Part shown: positions 10,644-21,634 of the stretch, one piece after another
Layout: each line of letters begins with the position of its first letter
Numbering within the stretch: position 1 is the first letter of the stretch
DNA from: an uncultured Thermoleophilia bacterium
GTDB taxonomy: Bacteria > Actinomycetota > Thermoleophilia > UBA2241
Direction of reading: 5' to 3'
NCBI GenBank assembly: GCA_963715985.1
Contig: CAVQSP010000014.1
Location: 64,001-128,000, forward strand
Length of the DNA stretch: 64,000 nt
The notes under the pieces: model-generated
The model's input: the letters and a program-made list of their open reading frames with translations, nothing else
Database searches by the model: none
Told to the model about the DNA's origin: nothing
Made by a program: the position numbers and the translations under genes

Positions 10644-11654
10644 TCAGCTGAGCAGGGCTTTGCCGATGGGCTGCAGGTCCGGGTCGGCGGGCAGCTCGTC
10701 GATGCCGATGAGGGCCAGCATCAGGGCCTTCTGGAAGTGCATCCGGTTCTGGGCCTGGGGGAAGATCAGCGACATCGGGCCGTCCGCGATCTCGTCCACG
10801 ACCTCTTCGCCACGCATGGCCGGCAGGCAGTGCATGAACTTCGTCTCCGGCTTGGCGTGGCTCCACAGCTCAGGGTTGACCTGGAAGGCCTTGAAGGCCT
10901 CGATGCGGTCCTTGTACTCGTCCTCCTGGCCGGTCCACCACCAGCAGTCGGTGTAGATGAAGTCGGCGCCGGCGATGGCCTCGAGCGGGTCGTTGGTGAG
11001 GAGGAACGAGCCGCCGCTCTCGGCGGCGAACCCGGCCGCGAGCTCGGCGAGCTCAGGCGCCATCTCGTACCCGGCGGCGTTGCCGACGCGCACGTTGAGG
11101 CCGAGCTTGGTGAGTGTGGTGGAGAGGGAGTTGCAGGGGTGGGCGGCGTCACCGACGTAGGCGAACGTGACGCCGCTCAGCGTGCCGGCCTGCTCGAGGA
11201 TGGTGAGCGCGTCGCTCATGCTCTGGCAGGGGTGCCGGTCGTGGTCCATGCCGTTGATGACCGGCACGGGCGACCAGGCGGCGAGCTCGTTGACGGTCTC
11301 GTTGGCCTTGCTGCGGATCTCGATGGCCGAGTTGTACTGCGCCAGGGTGCGGGCCGTGTCGGCGATGCTCTCGCGGCCGGGCAGATGGATCTCGCCGGGG
11401 CGCAGATACAGGGCGTTGCCGCCGAGCTCGGCGAAGCCGTTCTCGAAGCTGACGCGCGTGCGCGTGGAGGCGGCCTCGAAGATCATGGCCAGGTGCTTGC
11501 CGGGGAGGAAGGGGGTGAGAGGGCGCTTCTTCCACAGTGCCTTGAGGTTCACGGCGAGCTTGAGCAGGTCCTCGAGCTCCTCGCGGGTGTAGTCGAGGTC
11601 GGTGAGGAAGTGGCGACCGCGGAACTTCTTGAGGGCGGGGAGCGTGGTGTCCAT
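10644..11654 (-). CDS. Putrescine (ornithine-type) carbamoyltransferase
   Basis: STRTRVSFE, HPCQ, YTDCW, FMHCLPA, QAQNR; agu context favours putrescine. Confidence 0.85.
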   Translation of the reverse strand: MDTTLPALKKFRGRHFLTDLDYTREELEDLLKLAVNLKALWKKRPLTPFLPGKHLAMIFEAASTRTRVSFENGFAELGGNALYLRPGEIHLPGRESIADTARTLAQYNSAIEIRSKANETVNELAAWSPVPVINGMDHDRHPCQSMSDALTILEQAGTLSGVTFAYVGDAAHPCNSLSTTLTKLGLNVRVGNAAGYEMAPELAELAAGFAAESGGSFLLTNDPLEAIAGADFIYTDCWWWTGQEDEYKDRIEAFKAFQVNPELWSHAKPETKFMHCLPAMRGEEVVDEIADGPMSLIFPQAQNRMHFQKALMLALIGIDELPADPDLQPIGKALLS

Positions 11655-11706
11655 CTCAGGTACCTCCTGCAATGCGTCGCGAGCGACGCAGGTGTTGGTC
11701 CGGGTG

Positions 11707-11760
11707 TTTGTTCGTCCGGACGGACAAATGGATACTAGCAACCACTGCGCAGACTGGCAA
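11707..11760 (-). promoter_or_regulatory. Promoter (TTGCCA-17-TAGTAT) with 22-bp palindromic operator
   Basis: tttgttcgtccggacggacaaa at 11707-11728; near copy at 12993-13014. Confidence 0.75.
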
Positions 11761-11947
11761 GCGCTGATGACGACCCGATGACACGGCGGTGAGGAACCGA
11801 TGATCCAGGTGGATCACTGGCGAGGAGTCGCGACCAGGGAGGACCGATGGCTCGCACACGCCGCTCCTGCCGGCCGCTCGCGCTGCGCGACGCGGCCGTC
11901 GTGAGGCGGCGGGCGTCTCGCAGCCGGGTCGCTCCAGCGGCCTGTGT

Positions 11948-12889
11948 TCAGTCCCGCGCGATCTGCGTGCCGGCTCTGCCCTCCACGATCTGCTCGATAT
12001 CGGCCAGGGAGCCGATGGCCGCCCGTTTGCCGGTGCGTTCCACGAAGCGGGCGGCGGCTTCGACCTTGGGCCCCATCGACCCGCCGGGGAACGCGTAGGC
12101 ACGCAGCTCCTGGAGTGTCACCTGTTCCAGCCTGCGCTGCTCGGGCGTGCTCCAGTCCGCGTACACCCCGTCCACGTCGGTCGCCATCACGAGCAGGTCG
12201 GCGCCGAGCTCCCGTGCCAGGAGCTCGCTGGCGAGGTCCTTGTCGATCACCGCCTCCACGCCCGTGAGCCAACGCTCCTTGGCCCGGTCGTACATGGTGG
12301 GCACGCCTCCGCCCCCGGCGCAGATGACGATGGTCTTCTTCTCAAGCAGCCAGCGGATCGGGTCGAGCTCGAAGATCTGCTTGGGCTCCGGCGACGGCAC
12401 CACACGACGCCAGAAGTCGCCGTCCTGCTTGAAGGTCCACCCCTTCTCCGCGCGAAGGGCGCTCGCCCTGTCTTCGGTGTAGACAGGGCCCACGAACTTG
12501 GTCGGATCGGCGAACGCAGGGTCCCCGGGATCGACCTCGATCATCGTGAGGACCGTGGCCAGCGGCACTTCGAAGGGCAGCAGATTACCGAGCTCCTGCT
12601 CGATCATGTAGCCGATCATGCCTTCGGTCTGGGCGCCCAGCACGTCCAGGGGGTATGCCTCGACCTCCTCGAACGCGGCCGCCTGCAGGGCAAGAAGCCC
12701 GACCTGTGGGCCGTTGCCGTGAGAGAGGACAAGCTCGTGCTTCATGGCGACGGGCGCGAGCTGCTGCGCGGCCGTTCGCACATTGGCGCGCTGCACGTCG
12801 GCGGTCATCGGCTCGCCGCGCTTCAGGAGCGCGTTGCCGCCCAGAGCGACCACCACTCTCATCGGGTCGGCGGGGACGGGGATGGTCAA
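11948..12889 (-). CDS. arcC: Second carbamate kinase
   Basis: [44 protein letters not shown]. Confidence 0.92.
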   Translation of the reverse strand: MTIPVPADPMRVVVALGGNALLKRGEPMTADVQRANVRTAAQQLAPVAMKHELVLSHGNGPQVGLLALQAAAFEEVEAYPLDVLGAQTEGMIGYMIEQELGNLLPFEVPLATVLTMIEVDPGDPAFADPTKFVGPVYTEDRASALRAEKGWTFKQDGDFWRRVVPSPEPKQIFELDPIRWLLEKKTIVICAGGGGVPTMYDRAKERWLTGVEAVIDKDLASELLARELGADLLVMATDVDGVYADWSTPEQRRLEQVTLQELRAYAFPGGSMGPKVEAAARFVERTGKRAAIGSLADIEQIVEGRAGTQIARD

Positions 12890-12992
12890 CTCGGGACCTC
12901 CTGTCGAGCGAACGGGCGTTTGCCCACTACGGCACCGTCCGGAGAGTGGTGGCGCCGGCCGTCGAGATCGGGTGCTGCGACCGCCGACAAGG

Positions 12993-13046
12993 TTTGTCTG
13001 TCCGGACGGATAAATGTATGCTAGCAACCAGGCGGCGCGTTGACAA
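12993..13046 (-). promoter_or_regulatory. Promoter (TTGTCA-17-TAGCAT) with second copy of the 22-bp operator, divergent from tetR
   Basis: tttgtctgtccggacggataaa, followed by shared ctagcaacca. Confidence 0.75.
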
Positions 13047-13080
13047 GTGCCTGTCGTTGGGCCCGTGAAAGGAGGGTGAC

Positions 13081-13755
13081 ATGACCGTGACCGACGAGAA
13101 GCGCCTGAGCCTGGCTCGCGGGGAAGGCCTGCCTCAGCCGCTCCTGCTCGAGGACCCCATGGAGTCGCTTGCTCCCACCGCGCAGCGCCTCCTCGCCGCG
13201 GCCCAGCGCCTGCTCGCCGGCGGCGGGTTCGAGGCGCTGAAGCTCTCCGCCATCGCCCGCGAGGCGGGGGAGAGCAAGGCCAGCATCGGCTATCACTTCG
13301 GCAACAAGGCCGGCCTCGTCACGGCGCTCGTGGACGCGCTTGCTCACGACTCCAACCGCGGCCTGATCGCCGAGACGTCGTCGCTGCCGCACGGCGAGGC
13401 GCGTATCCGCGCCCTCATCGACGGCGAGACCCGCATCATCGATGACGCCGAGAGCTTCCAGTCCTTCTTCGAGGTGCTGCCGCACGCGCTGCGCGACCCG
13501 GACCTGCGCGAGCGGGTCGCCGCCCTCTACGACGGGTACCGGGAGACGGTGCTGCGTTGTCTCGATGCGGAGGATGAGAGCTCGCGGAGGCGCCTGCGGC
13601 CGTTCGCGATGCTCATGATCGCCATCGTCGACGGGCTGGCCCTGCAGCACGGTCTCGACCCCGACGGCGCCGACGTGGCCGCCGCCACGGCCCTGTGGGA
13701 GCAGCTGGCGCGACCGTTCCTCAGTGACGGGGGCTCGTCCACACAGGTATCCTAG
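13081..13755 (+). CDS. TetR-family transcriptional regulator
   Basis: [25 protein letters not shown]; C-terminal IVDGLALQ. Confidence 0.9.
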   Translation: MTVTDEKRLSLARGEGLPQPLLLEDPMESLAPTAQRLLAAAQRLLAGGGFEALKLSAIAREAGESKASIGYHFGNKAGLVTALVDALAHDSNRGLIAETSSLPHGEARIRALIDGETRIIDDAESFQSFFEVLPHALRDPDLRERVAALYDGYRETVLRCLDAEDESSRRRLRPFAMLMIAIVDGLALQHGLDPDGADVAAATALWEQLARPFLSDGGSSTQVS

Positions 13756-13759
13756 GGGC

Positions 13760-14776
13760 GTGGACACCGCCATCATCTGGGACGAGGCCTACGCCGAGCA
13801 CGACACGGCCGATCACCCCGAGGGGCCAGACCGCGTCGCCGCCGTGGTCGCGTACCTGCAAGGCACCGACCTGTGGCCGCGCCTCACCGTGGTCAAGCCC
13901 GAGCCGGCCACCGAAGACGACGTCCTCCTGGTGCACACGCCCACCCATCTTGCGGTGGTCAGGCGCGCGGCGCAGAACCCGCGCGGGCAGTACCTGGACC
14001 CCGACACCTTCGTCTCGCCGCGCAGCTACGAGATCGCGCTGCTCGCGGTGGGAGGCGTCGTGGAGGCCACGAAGCTCTGGGACAGGGGGCTCGTCGCTTT
14101 CGCCCTCATCCGCCCGCCGGGGCATCACGCCACGCCGGACCGCGCCATGGGCTTCTGCCTCTTCGACAACATCGCCATCGCCGCCGCGCGCCTGCTCGCC
14201 CAAGGGTACGAGCGCATCGCGATCCTGGATTGGGACGTGCACCACGGCAACGGCACACAGGCGGCGTTCTATCGTGAGCCGCGCGTGCTCTTCGTCAGCC
14301 TGCACGAGTGGCCGCACTACCCGGGCAGCGGCTTCTTCACGGAGTGCGGCGAGGGCGCCGCGGAAGGTCGCACCGTCAACCTCCCGCTGCCCGCCGGCTG
14401 CACGGACGGCGACTACGCGCACGCGTTCGAGGCCGTCGTGGAACCCATCGTGCGGCAGTACGCGCCGCAGGCCATCCTCGTCTCCGCCGGCATGGACATC
14501 CACCGCGACGACCCGCTCGGCGACATGGACGTCACCGAGGCCGGCTTCGCGGACATGGCGCTGCGCTGTCTCCGCCTGGCCCAGGAGCTCTGCGAGGGGC
14601 GCCTGGCGTTCGTGCTCGAGGGCGGGTACGACCGCAGGGCCACGGCCAGGTCGGTGGAGGCCGTCCTCAGAGCTGTCGCGGACGAGACCGCGCCGCCGGT
14701 CGGGCCGACCACCGCGAGGGCGTCCCAGGCGATCGAGCGGGCGCGGGAGACGCAGGCCGCGTACTGGCAGGTCTGA
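13760..14776 (+). CDS. Histone deacetylase family / acetylpolyamine amidohydrolase-like protein
   Basis: HPE, RPPGHHA, GFCLFDN, DWDVHHGNGTQ, SAGMD, LEGGY. Confidence 0.9.
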   Translation: MDTAIIWDEAYAEHDTADHPEGPDRVAAVVAYLQGTDLWPRLTVVKPEPATEDDVLLVHTPTHLAVVRRAAQNPRGQYLDPDTFVSPRSYEIALLAVGGVVEATKLWDRGLVAFALIRPPGHHATPDRAMGFCLFDNIAIAAARLLAQGYERIAILDWDVHHGNGTQAAFYREPRVLFVSLHEWPHYPGSGFFTECGEGAAEGRTVNLPLPAGCTDGDYAHAFEAVVEPIVRQYAPQAILVSAGMDIHRDDPLGDMDVTEAGFADMALRCLRLAQELCEGRLAFVLEGGYDRRATARSVEAVLRAVADETAPPVGPTTARASQAIERARETQAAYWQV

Positions 14777-14783
14777 GGCCGGC

Positions 14784-15988
14784 TCAGCTTCGCCGGCCGG
14801 CCGGGTCGGCCTCGGCGGCTGCAGATCCCCGTCACCACCTGCGTGAGCTCGTCGATGTGCGCCTCGATGAACTCCATGCAGCCCACGTTGCCCAGGAAGT
14901 ACTGCATGTACTCGTCCACGTCCGAGTCCGGCGAGCCGTAGAAGTACGTGACGTCCCAGTTGAGGATGTAGAGGTTGGCGTTGGCGATCATGCGCGGCAG
15001 CACGGCGAGCTCGCGGGCGCCCATGCGGCCCGGCTCGCTCCAGCGCGCGGCCTCGTCCTGGTAACCGCGAAGGAAGACGGCCGCCTTGTCGAGGCGCAGC
15101 TGGCCCTTGTCCGGCCCTTCCCACGAGGTGCAGAAGTAGGCGATGCCCTGGGCCACGTCGAACACGCGGTAGTCCAGTTTGGCCCAGTCGAAGTCGAAGA
15201 GGCCGACGCCCTGCTCGTCCACCCACTTGAGGTTGCCCGGGTGGTAGTCGCAGTGCACCGGGCACACCGGCAGGCCGTCGAGCTGGGACCGTATCTCCAG
15301 ACCCTTGGCGACGACCTCGAGGATCGTCGGCATCTTCTCGCGCAGGTACCTGTCGCAGGCCGTGTCGCCGCCTCCGGCCACGAGCCCTGTCCACGAGTCC
15401 ACCCAAGTCGGCACGAAGTCCATGATGGGCGGCTGTTCGCGCGCCAGGTCCTCGGGCCGGAACTCGTTGGCGGCGTGGTGGAACCCCGCCAGCACGCGGG
15501 CCCCACTCTCGAACTCCTTGTCGGTGAGGCGGTTCTGTATCCAGCTGTATTTGTCCTCACCCTCGAGCATGGTGAAGACGGCGAAGAAGAACGTCCTGGG
15601 CACGCCGTCCACGACCTCGTCACGGGTCACGAAGGTGGGCCCGGAGCGCGTTGCGAAGACGTTGGCGGCGAGGCGGAAGCCGTGCATCGTACAACTGCGT
15701 GAGGAGCGCGTGCTCGAAGAGCACCTCGCGCTCCGTGACCGCCGGGTTGTACTTGCGCACGAAGTACTTGTGCTCGCCGTCCTCCCGGCGCGTCCACACG
15801 GCGAAGCTCGCGTTGCAGTAGCCGCCGAAGATCTGCTCGGCACGGATCACCGGCCCCAGGTCGTAGTCTGCGTTGACGACCTGCGAGATCTGGGTCAGGA
15901 GGGCGGCCTTGCTCTGGTCGGACGTGTCGCAGGTGGCTCCCTGCGTCTCACCGACCGCTGCCTGCGTATCGTCTGCGTTCGCGCTCAC
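14784..15988 (-). CDS. APH / homoserine kinase type II-like phosphotransferase; frameshift near 15690, 3' end uncertain
   Basis: IFGGYCNASF, YFVRKY, VHCDYHPGN, LFDFDW, FDVA. Confidence 0.8.
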
Positions 15989-16046
15989 TGCGCCACCTCA
16001 CGTTCTGGGACTCGAGCGGCGGCGCCGGAGCGGCCCGCCGCGCTGT

Positions 16047-16841
16047 TCACACGACGATGAGCTGGAGTCCGAGGAGCTCCATCTCGTCGCGGACGTCTTG
16101 GCCCACGCCGTCGTCCACGATGACGATGTTGACCATGTCGAGGGCGCAGATCACCACGTCGCCCACGGCGCCCACCTTGCTGCTGTCCGCGAGAACGACG
16201 ATCTCGCCGCGCGTCTGGCGGATCATGGCGCGCTCGACGCCCGCCAGGCTGAGGCTGGGCGTGGTGACGCCCTCGTCGAGAGACAGGCCGTCCGCGCCGA
16301 GGATGAACCGCGAGGCGTGAAAGCCGCCCACCGACTCGATGGCGAGGGCGCCGGCCAGCGTGTTGGAGCGCGGCCTGTACGAGCCGCCCAGCAGCACGAC
16401 GTCCAGGCTGGTGCCCTGCGCCGCGGACACGGCGCCGAGGTTGTGCGTGACCACGCGCGCTTCGAGATCAGGAGGCACGTGGCTGAGCACCTGCGTGGCC
16501 GTGGTGCCGGAGCTGAGAAAGACGGTCTCGCCGGGCTTGATCATGGCCGCGGCGGCCTGCGCGATGCGGCGCTTCTCCTCGGAGTGCTCGCGCTCGCTGG
16601 CCACGTAGAACGGCTCCTCCGCCATGCGCCGCTTGAGGATGGCGCCTCCGTGCATGCGCGAAAGCAGACCCTCCTGCTCGAGGCGCTCGAGGTCGCGGCG
16701 GATCGTCATCTCCGAGACGCCGAGCTCTTCGCTCAACACGGAGACGCGCACCGAGCGCCGCTGCTCCAGCGATTCGACGATGCGGGCGCGGCGCTCGGCC
16801 GGGATCATCTCGTGTACTTCGGGCGCTTCATCACTCGGCAT
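16047..16841 (-). CDS. DeoR/GlpR-family regulator (paralog 1)
   Basis: LGVSEMTIRRDL..L, RMHGGA, EKRRIA, SSGTT, LADSSK. Confidence 0.92.
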   Translation of the reverse strand: MPSDEAPEVHEMIPAERRARIVESLEQRRSVRVSVLSEELGVSEMTIRRDLERLEQEGLLSRMHGGAILKRRMAEEPFYVASEREHSEEKRRIAQAAAAMIKPGETVFLSSGTTATQVLSHVPPDLEARVVTHNLGAVSAAQGTSLDVVLLGGSYRPRSNTLAGALAIESVGGFHASRFILGADGLSLDEGVTTPSLSLAGVERAMIRQTRGEIVVLADSSKVGAVGDVVICALDMVNIVIVDDGVGQDVRDEMELLGLQLIVV

Positions 16842-16880
16842 CGGGCCCCCCGGCGCAGGTCGCTCAGGATTCGACAACTC

Positions 16881-16925
16881 CGAACATAGTCGAACACATC
16901 ATAGGATGGGGCGCGGTGCTGTCAA
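16881..16925 (-). promoter_or_regulatory. Promoter TTGACA-16-TATGAT with TGTTCG direct repeat downstream
   Basis: Reverse strand: ttgaca gcaccgcgccccatcc tatgat gtgttcgactatgttcg. Confidence 0.7.
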
Positions 16926-16955
16926 GCGCCCGCCCGGCAGGTCGGCGTCGCCGTA

Positions 16956-16993
16956 CGCGGAAACGCCGGGCCTTGCGGCCCGGCGTTTCCGCG
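16956..16993. terminator. Hairpin downstream of permease
   Basis: cgcggaaacgccgggcc-ttgc-ggcccggcgtttccgcg. Confidence 0.65.
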
Positions 16994-17021
16994 ACTCGGT
17001 CTTCAGATGTGCGGCCTGCGA

Positions 17022-18658
17022 TCACTCCGGCGGCACCTCGAGGAAGGCGTACCCGACGTCGATGCCCTTGCTCTTGTTGACGGCGGCGCCGATGAAGTAC
17101 CAGACCAGGCAGATCACGAAGATGCTGCCCACGATGATGTACGGGGTGGTGCCCTTGAGTCCGTAGCCCGCGTTCGTGAGGAACGCGATCTCGGCCGCCA
17201 CGCCGAAGACGAAGCCGATGATGCCGAAGATCGTCACCAGCGGGAAGCCCCCGAGCGTGTACTTGGCGCCCGGCGACGCTTCATAGAGAGCTTTCGCCCG
17301 GAAGGGAAGCAGAGCTGCCGCGAGGCAGCTGATGACGAAGACGTAGCCACACGCGAAGGTGACGCCCAGGCTGAGACTGATGAACCTCCCCCAGTAGCTG
17401 TAGCAGGATGATGACCGGCACGCTGCAGGCCGAAGTAGAGCCAGTGGGCGACCGCCGGCGAGCGGAACCGCGGGCTGATCTTGGAGATGAAGGCCGGCAA
17501 GGTGCGGTCGAGCGACATGCCGACCATGACGCGCGTCATGCCGATGTAGCAGTTGCAGGTGATCTGCAGCGACGCGAGCATGAAGCTGACCGCCACGAGG
17601 ATCGTGATGATCGGATTGGGCGAGATCACGATGGCCATCATCCCGGGGAAAGGCCGCACACTGCCGATGCCTTCGCCGGAGGCGCTCACCAAGTAGTAGT
17701 ACGAGTGCGACACGGCGTTGAAGAAGGCCGTGCCGACAGCCCTCTCCTGGCTCCAGGCGATGAGCGCGAGGACGATAGCCACGGAGATCATGGACCCCAC
17801 GATGATGAACATCTGGTTCTTGAAGACGCGGGCGCCCTTGATCTCGCCGCCCTGCTGCACGCTGTAGGTGGCCCACTGCAGGCTCGTCCACACGATGGGC
17901 ATGGCCAGCAGTGTCGCGCCGAGCGCGAACTTGGGCAGGAGGTTCACGCCGGCGTCGGCGACGTCCTTCTGGATCCAGTGTGTAGTAGTCCGTGCGGCCG
18001 TCGACCACGTTGGAGAAGTGGTTCATGGCCGTCGCGAACTCCGCCGGCGTGGTGCGGAGGAACTGCACGATCAGGATGACGACGAGGATGCCGGTGGCCG
18101 GCGAACATGAAGTACTGCAGGCGCACGTAGTTCTTGAAGCCGGTCACCAGCAGGAGGGCGATGGCAGCCGCTCCGACGATGCTGGTCACGACGACGCCCT
18201 GCGCACGACTGCACCCACACGGCGGCGTCGATGAGGCTGGTGTTCTCGTAGTACACGCCGAGGCCCATGAAGAGGGGCGCCAGGCCGAGGCACGCGAGGA
18301 GCCAGCCGGCGAGCGCGACCCACATGAGGATGAAGATGACGAAGCCGCTCATCACGATCGGGAAGCCGACGGCGCCGCCGAGCACGCGGCTCTGGAACAC
18401 GTAGTCGCCGCCCGAACGCGGCATGGCCGTGGCCATCCACACGTAGGCGAGCGCGATCGGAAGCTCGAGCAGGATCGCGTACAGGCACGCCTGCCACACG
18501 GCCACGCCGGGGAACGCCGCCGGCGCCCAGATGAACGTCCACGGGAAGATCACGCCCATGGTCAGGAAGTTGTACATGTACGCCGACCAGGGCGACATCA
18601 CCCTGGACAGCCCTGAAGCCTTTCTGCTGAAGACTTCGGGTCTTGCTGTTGTTGCCAT
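17022..18658 (-). CDS. APC-family amino acid/amine permease; several frameshifts
   Basis: FSRKASGL, AMPRSGGDYVFQSR, GGEIKGA, SLDRTLP, C-terminal AFLEVPPE, spread over four ORF pieces. Confidence 0.8.
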
Positions 18659-18722
18659 CTCGACCCCCCTGTTCAGGTTCTCGTGCGGACCGCCCGCCGG
18701 CCCTCCGTCCTGGCCGCCGCGG

Positions 18723-19726
18723 TCACCCCGACGTCATCTGGTAGCCGATCGACCTTGCCCGGCTCCAGGGTGAAGATGCAGCCCCTCAGGATGCCCTCCC
18801 CGTACTCGCTGCCCGGGTTGATCACGGTCGTGCGCCCGACCTTGACGAGGCCGCGCGACTCGTGGATGTGCCCGCACAGCTGGAGGAGAGGCTGGTACTT
18901 CTCCACGACCTTGCGCACCGCCGTGCTGCCGGCCGGCGCCGACTGCGGCACGCCCGCCACGTATGATCGGCGACGGCGGGTCTGTCGACCAGTCCAGCTT
19001 GGGGCAATCGTCCAGCGTGCAGTCGTAGGGAGGGACGTGGAAGTTGAAGATCGCGCTCTCGAACTCCTCGATCCCCTCGACCGCGTGTTCCAGATGTTGC
19101 TCGAGCACCTCCTCTGTCACCTCACGCGGGGTGTCCCACGGAGTCGGGTTGCTGTAGCCACAGTTGGCCATCGGGTACTTGTCGTCGACGTAGATGACCT
19201 TCTCTTCGCAGTTGACGACGTGCTCGCTCTGGATGCCCTCGAGCACGGTGAGCACCTCGGCTGGGTCGTCGTTGCCGCCGGTCACGTACCACTTGACCGG
19301 AGTGCCGGCGAGGCGCTCGTCGGCCATGGCGATCCAGCGCTCGAGGCGCTCGCGACCAAGCTGCCGGAAGACGCGGTCGATCGAAGACTCGTCCTCTTGC
19401 ATGGCTCGGAGCTCGTCTTCCTCCAGAGTGATGTGATAGAAGCCGAGCGTCTCGATGCGGTCCTTGACGGCGGCCAGGGCGTCGCCGCCCTCGAGCGACT
19501 CGGTGGCGCCCTGCAGCGTCACGCGGTAGTGGGCGTCGTGCTCGTGCACGATGGGCACGAGGAACTTGCCCGTGATGTCGCCGCCCATGATGATGTGGTC
19601 CACCTTGTAGAACGCCGCTCCGTTGATGAACTTGCGGAAGGTGCGCTCGGAGCCGTGGACGTCGGTCGCGTAGAACAGGCGGGTGCGTTTCGAGTCCCCG
19701 CCGCCCTTCTTCTTGAAGAATGCCAT
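18723..19726 (-). CDS. Icc-like metallophosphoesterase (paralog 1); frameshifts near 3' end
   Basis: [38 protein letters not shown]. Confidence 0.85.
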
Positions 19727-19746
19727 GCTGCGCTCTCCTCGTCGCC

Positions 19747-20550
19747 TCAGTCGATCGCCTTGTACCACTTGACCTTGTCGCCCACCCTGGCGCGCAGCTT
19801 CCACTTGGTGCCCTTGGGGATGTCGTCCACGGCCGTGCGCAACTCGGCGAGTCGGCGCGTCACCACATCCTTGTCCTCGTCCGTGAGGTCGAGGTGCGGC
19901 AGGTAGTCGCGCGTCTTGTCCATGTTCATGGTGGTGGTGCGCCACAGCCCCCACTCGCCGGCGCACAGGGTGGCCACGCGGTTGGAGTTGATGCAGTCCT
20001 CGTCGCTGGCGGCGATCTTGTGCTCGCGCAGCAGCATGATGGTGTCGATGATGTCCTTCTCGTTGATCTGCACGATCTGCATCTTCTCGAGGAACAGCTC
20101 CGCGAGGGGGATGGTGACGTCATCCACTTCGAGGCGGTTCTTCCAGGGGATGGGGTGGCAGAAGTCCAGGCGGTCCATGAAGACGTCGATGTGCAGGTGC
20201 GTCTGCGGGTGGTTGAAGATCAGGCGGCCACCCTCGGCGTGGAAGGCGTTGATCTCCATGTCTTCGTCGTAGCCGAGGGCCACGAAGAGCTCGCGGATCT
20301 GCATGTTCTGCTTGCCGTAGCCGGCGAAGTCGATGTCGGTGTACACGCGGTTCAGCTGCGCCTGGATGTAGCCGAACTCGGGGCAGTGGTGGTGGAAGGC
20401 GAGGGCGCCGATGATCCGCAGCGTCACGCCCTTGGCCTCGCCGGCCTCGACGATGCGGATGGCCTCATCCTCAAAACGCTTCGCCATGTCGGCGTCCACA
20501 GTGCCCATGCCGACCTCTTCGTTGATGGGCTGCGTCTCCTCTTCGGTCAT
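19747..20550 (-). CDS. Nucleotidyltransferase-fold protein of unknown function
   Basis: IIGALAF (hG[GS]-like), TDIDF (DxD), IDVF, EKDIID. Confidence 0.65.
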   Translation of the reverse strand: MTEEETQPINEEVGMGTVDADMAKRFEDEAIRIVEAGEAKGVTLRIIGALAFHHHCPEFGYIQAQLNRVYTDIDFAGYGKQNMQIRELFVALGYDEDMEINAFHAEGGRLIFNHPQTHLHIDVFMDRLDFCHPIPWKNRLEVDDVTIPLAELFLEKMQIVQINEKDIIDTIMLLREHKIAASDEDCINSNRVATLCAGEWGLWRTTTMNMDKTRDYLPHLDLTDEDKDVVTRRLAELRTAVDDIPKGTKWKLRARVGDKVKWYKAID

Positions 20551-20599
20551 GAGCCGCTCCTGTGTCGTCGGTTGCTTGTCTCGTTTGGCCGCATGCGGT

Positions 20600-21385
20600 T
20601 CACACTGCTTCACAGCGCGGTCCGGATCGCTGGATCCTCGTGCGCACCTCGGGGGGGACCCCGTCGTCTACGAGCACGACGTCGATCTGGTCCATGGGGC
20701 AGATGACCACCTGGCAGACGAGACCGATCTTGTCGCTGTCGGCGAGCACGACCACCTCGCCGCGCGTGCGGCGGATCATGGCCAGCTCGATGCCGGCCAC
20801 GGCCATGCTCGGGGTGGTGAGGCCGGCCGCGGCGTCCAGGCCGTCCGCGCCCAGAAACGCCTTGTCGGCGTGGAAGTTGGCGATCATGTCGATGGGCCAG
20901 CTGCCCTCGACGGCATTGATCTGCGGCCGGTAGAGGCCGCCGAGGAAGATGATCTCGAGACTGAGGCCCTGCGCCTCCGCGGCCGCCGCCAGGCTGTGCG
21001 TGACGACGCGGGCCTCGAGGGCCGGGTCCACGAAGCGCAGGATCCCGGCCACCGTGGAGCCCGAGCCCAGAAAGACGGTGTCCCGCGGCTCGATCATGGC
21101 TGCTGCCGCCCGGGCGATGCGCGCCTTCTCGGGCGCGTGAGACTCAGCGGCGGCGTCCAGCATCTGCTCGTCGGTGGGCCGGCGCTTGAGCACGGCGCCG
21201 CCGTGGGTGCGCCGCAGAACGCCCTCGCGGTCGAGGAGCTTGAGGTCGCGGCGGATGGTGATCTCGGAGACGCCGAGGGCTTCGCTGAGGGCTGAGACCT
21301 TGACGACGCGCTGCTCCTCGAGCTCGTCGACGATGCGCGCGCGCCTCTCGGCAGGGATCATCTCTGGAGCGTCAGAAACGGTCAC
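20600..21385 (-). CDS. DeoR/GlpR-family regulator (paralog 2)
   Basis: GVSEITIRRDL, RTHGGA, EKARIA, GSGST, LADSDK. Confidence 0.92.
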   Translation of the reverse strand: MTVSDAPEMIPAERRARIVDELEEQRVVKVSALSEALGVSEITIRRDLKLLDREGVLRRTHGGAVLKRRPTDEQMLDAAAESHAPEKARIARAAAAMIEPRDTVFLGSGSTVAGILRFVDPALEARVVTHSLAAAAEAQGLSLEIIFLGGLYRPQINAVEGSWPIDMIANFHADKAFLGADGLDAAAGLTTPSMAVAGIELAMIRRTRGEVVVLADSDKIGLVCQVVICPMDQIDVVLVDDGVPPEVRTRIQRSGPRCEAV

Positions 21386-21460
21386 CCGGCGATCCTTACG
21401 GTCGTGGCCCCCCAGCTACTGACCGGTCATGAATGAGCAGAACCGTTCAGTAATGGTCAC

Positions 21461-21488
21461 ATCATATGAGCGCTTTGCCGACTGTCAA
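21461..21488 (-). promoter_or_regulatory. Promoter TTGACA-16-TATGAT
   Basis: atcata at 21461-21466 and tgtcaa at 21483-21488 on + strand. Confidence 0.7.
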
Positions 21489-21634
21489 GGGGTTCCTCGC
21501 GGCCTTCTCGCAGGCCGGCGCAGCAGCCTCAAGCAGGGGCGCCACGCCGTACGCGAACGAGCCGGGGAGCCGCACTGCGGCTCCCCGGCTCGTGAGCTCG
21601 GAGCAGGCGTGGCGCGAGCCTCGCCCGCGCCCTC

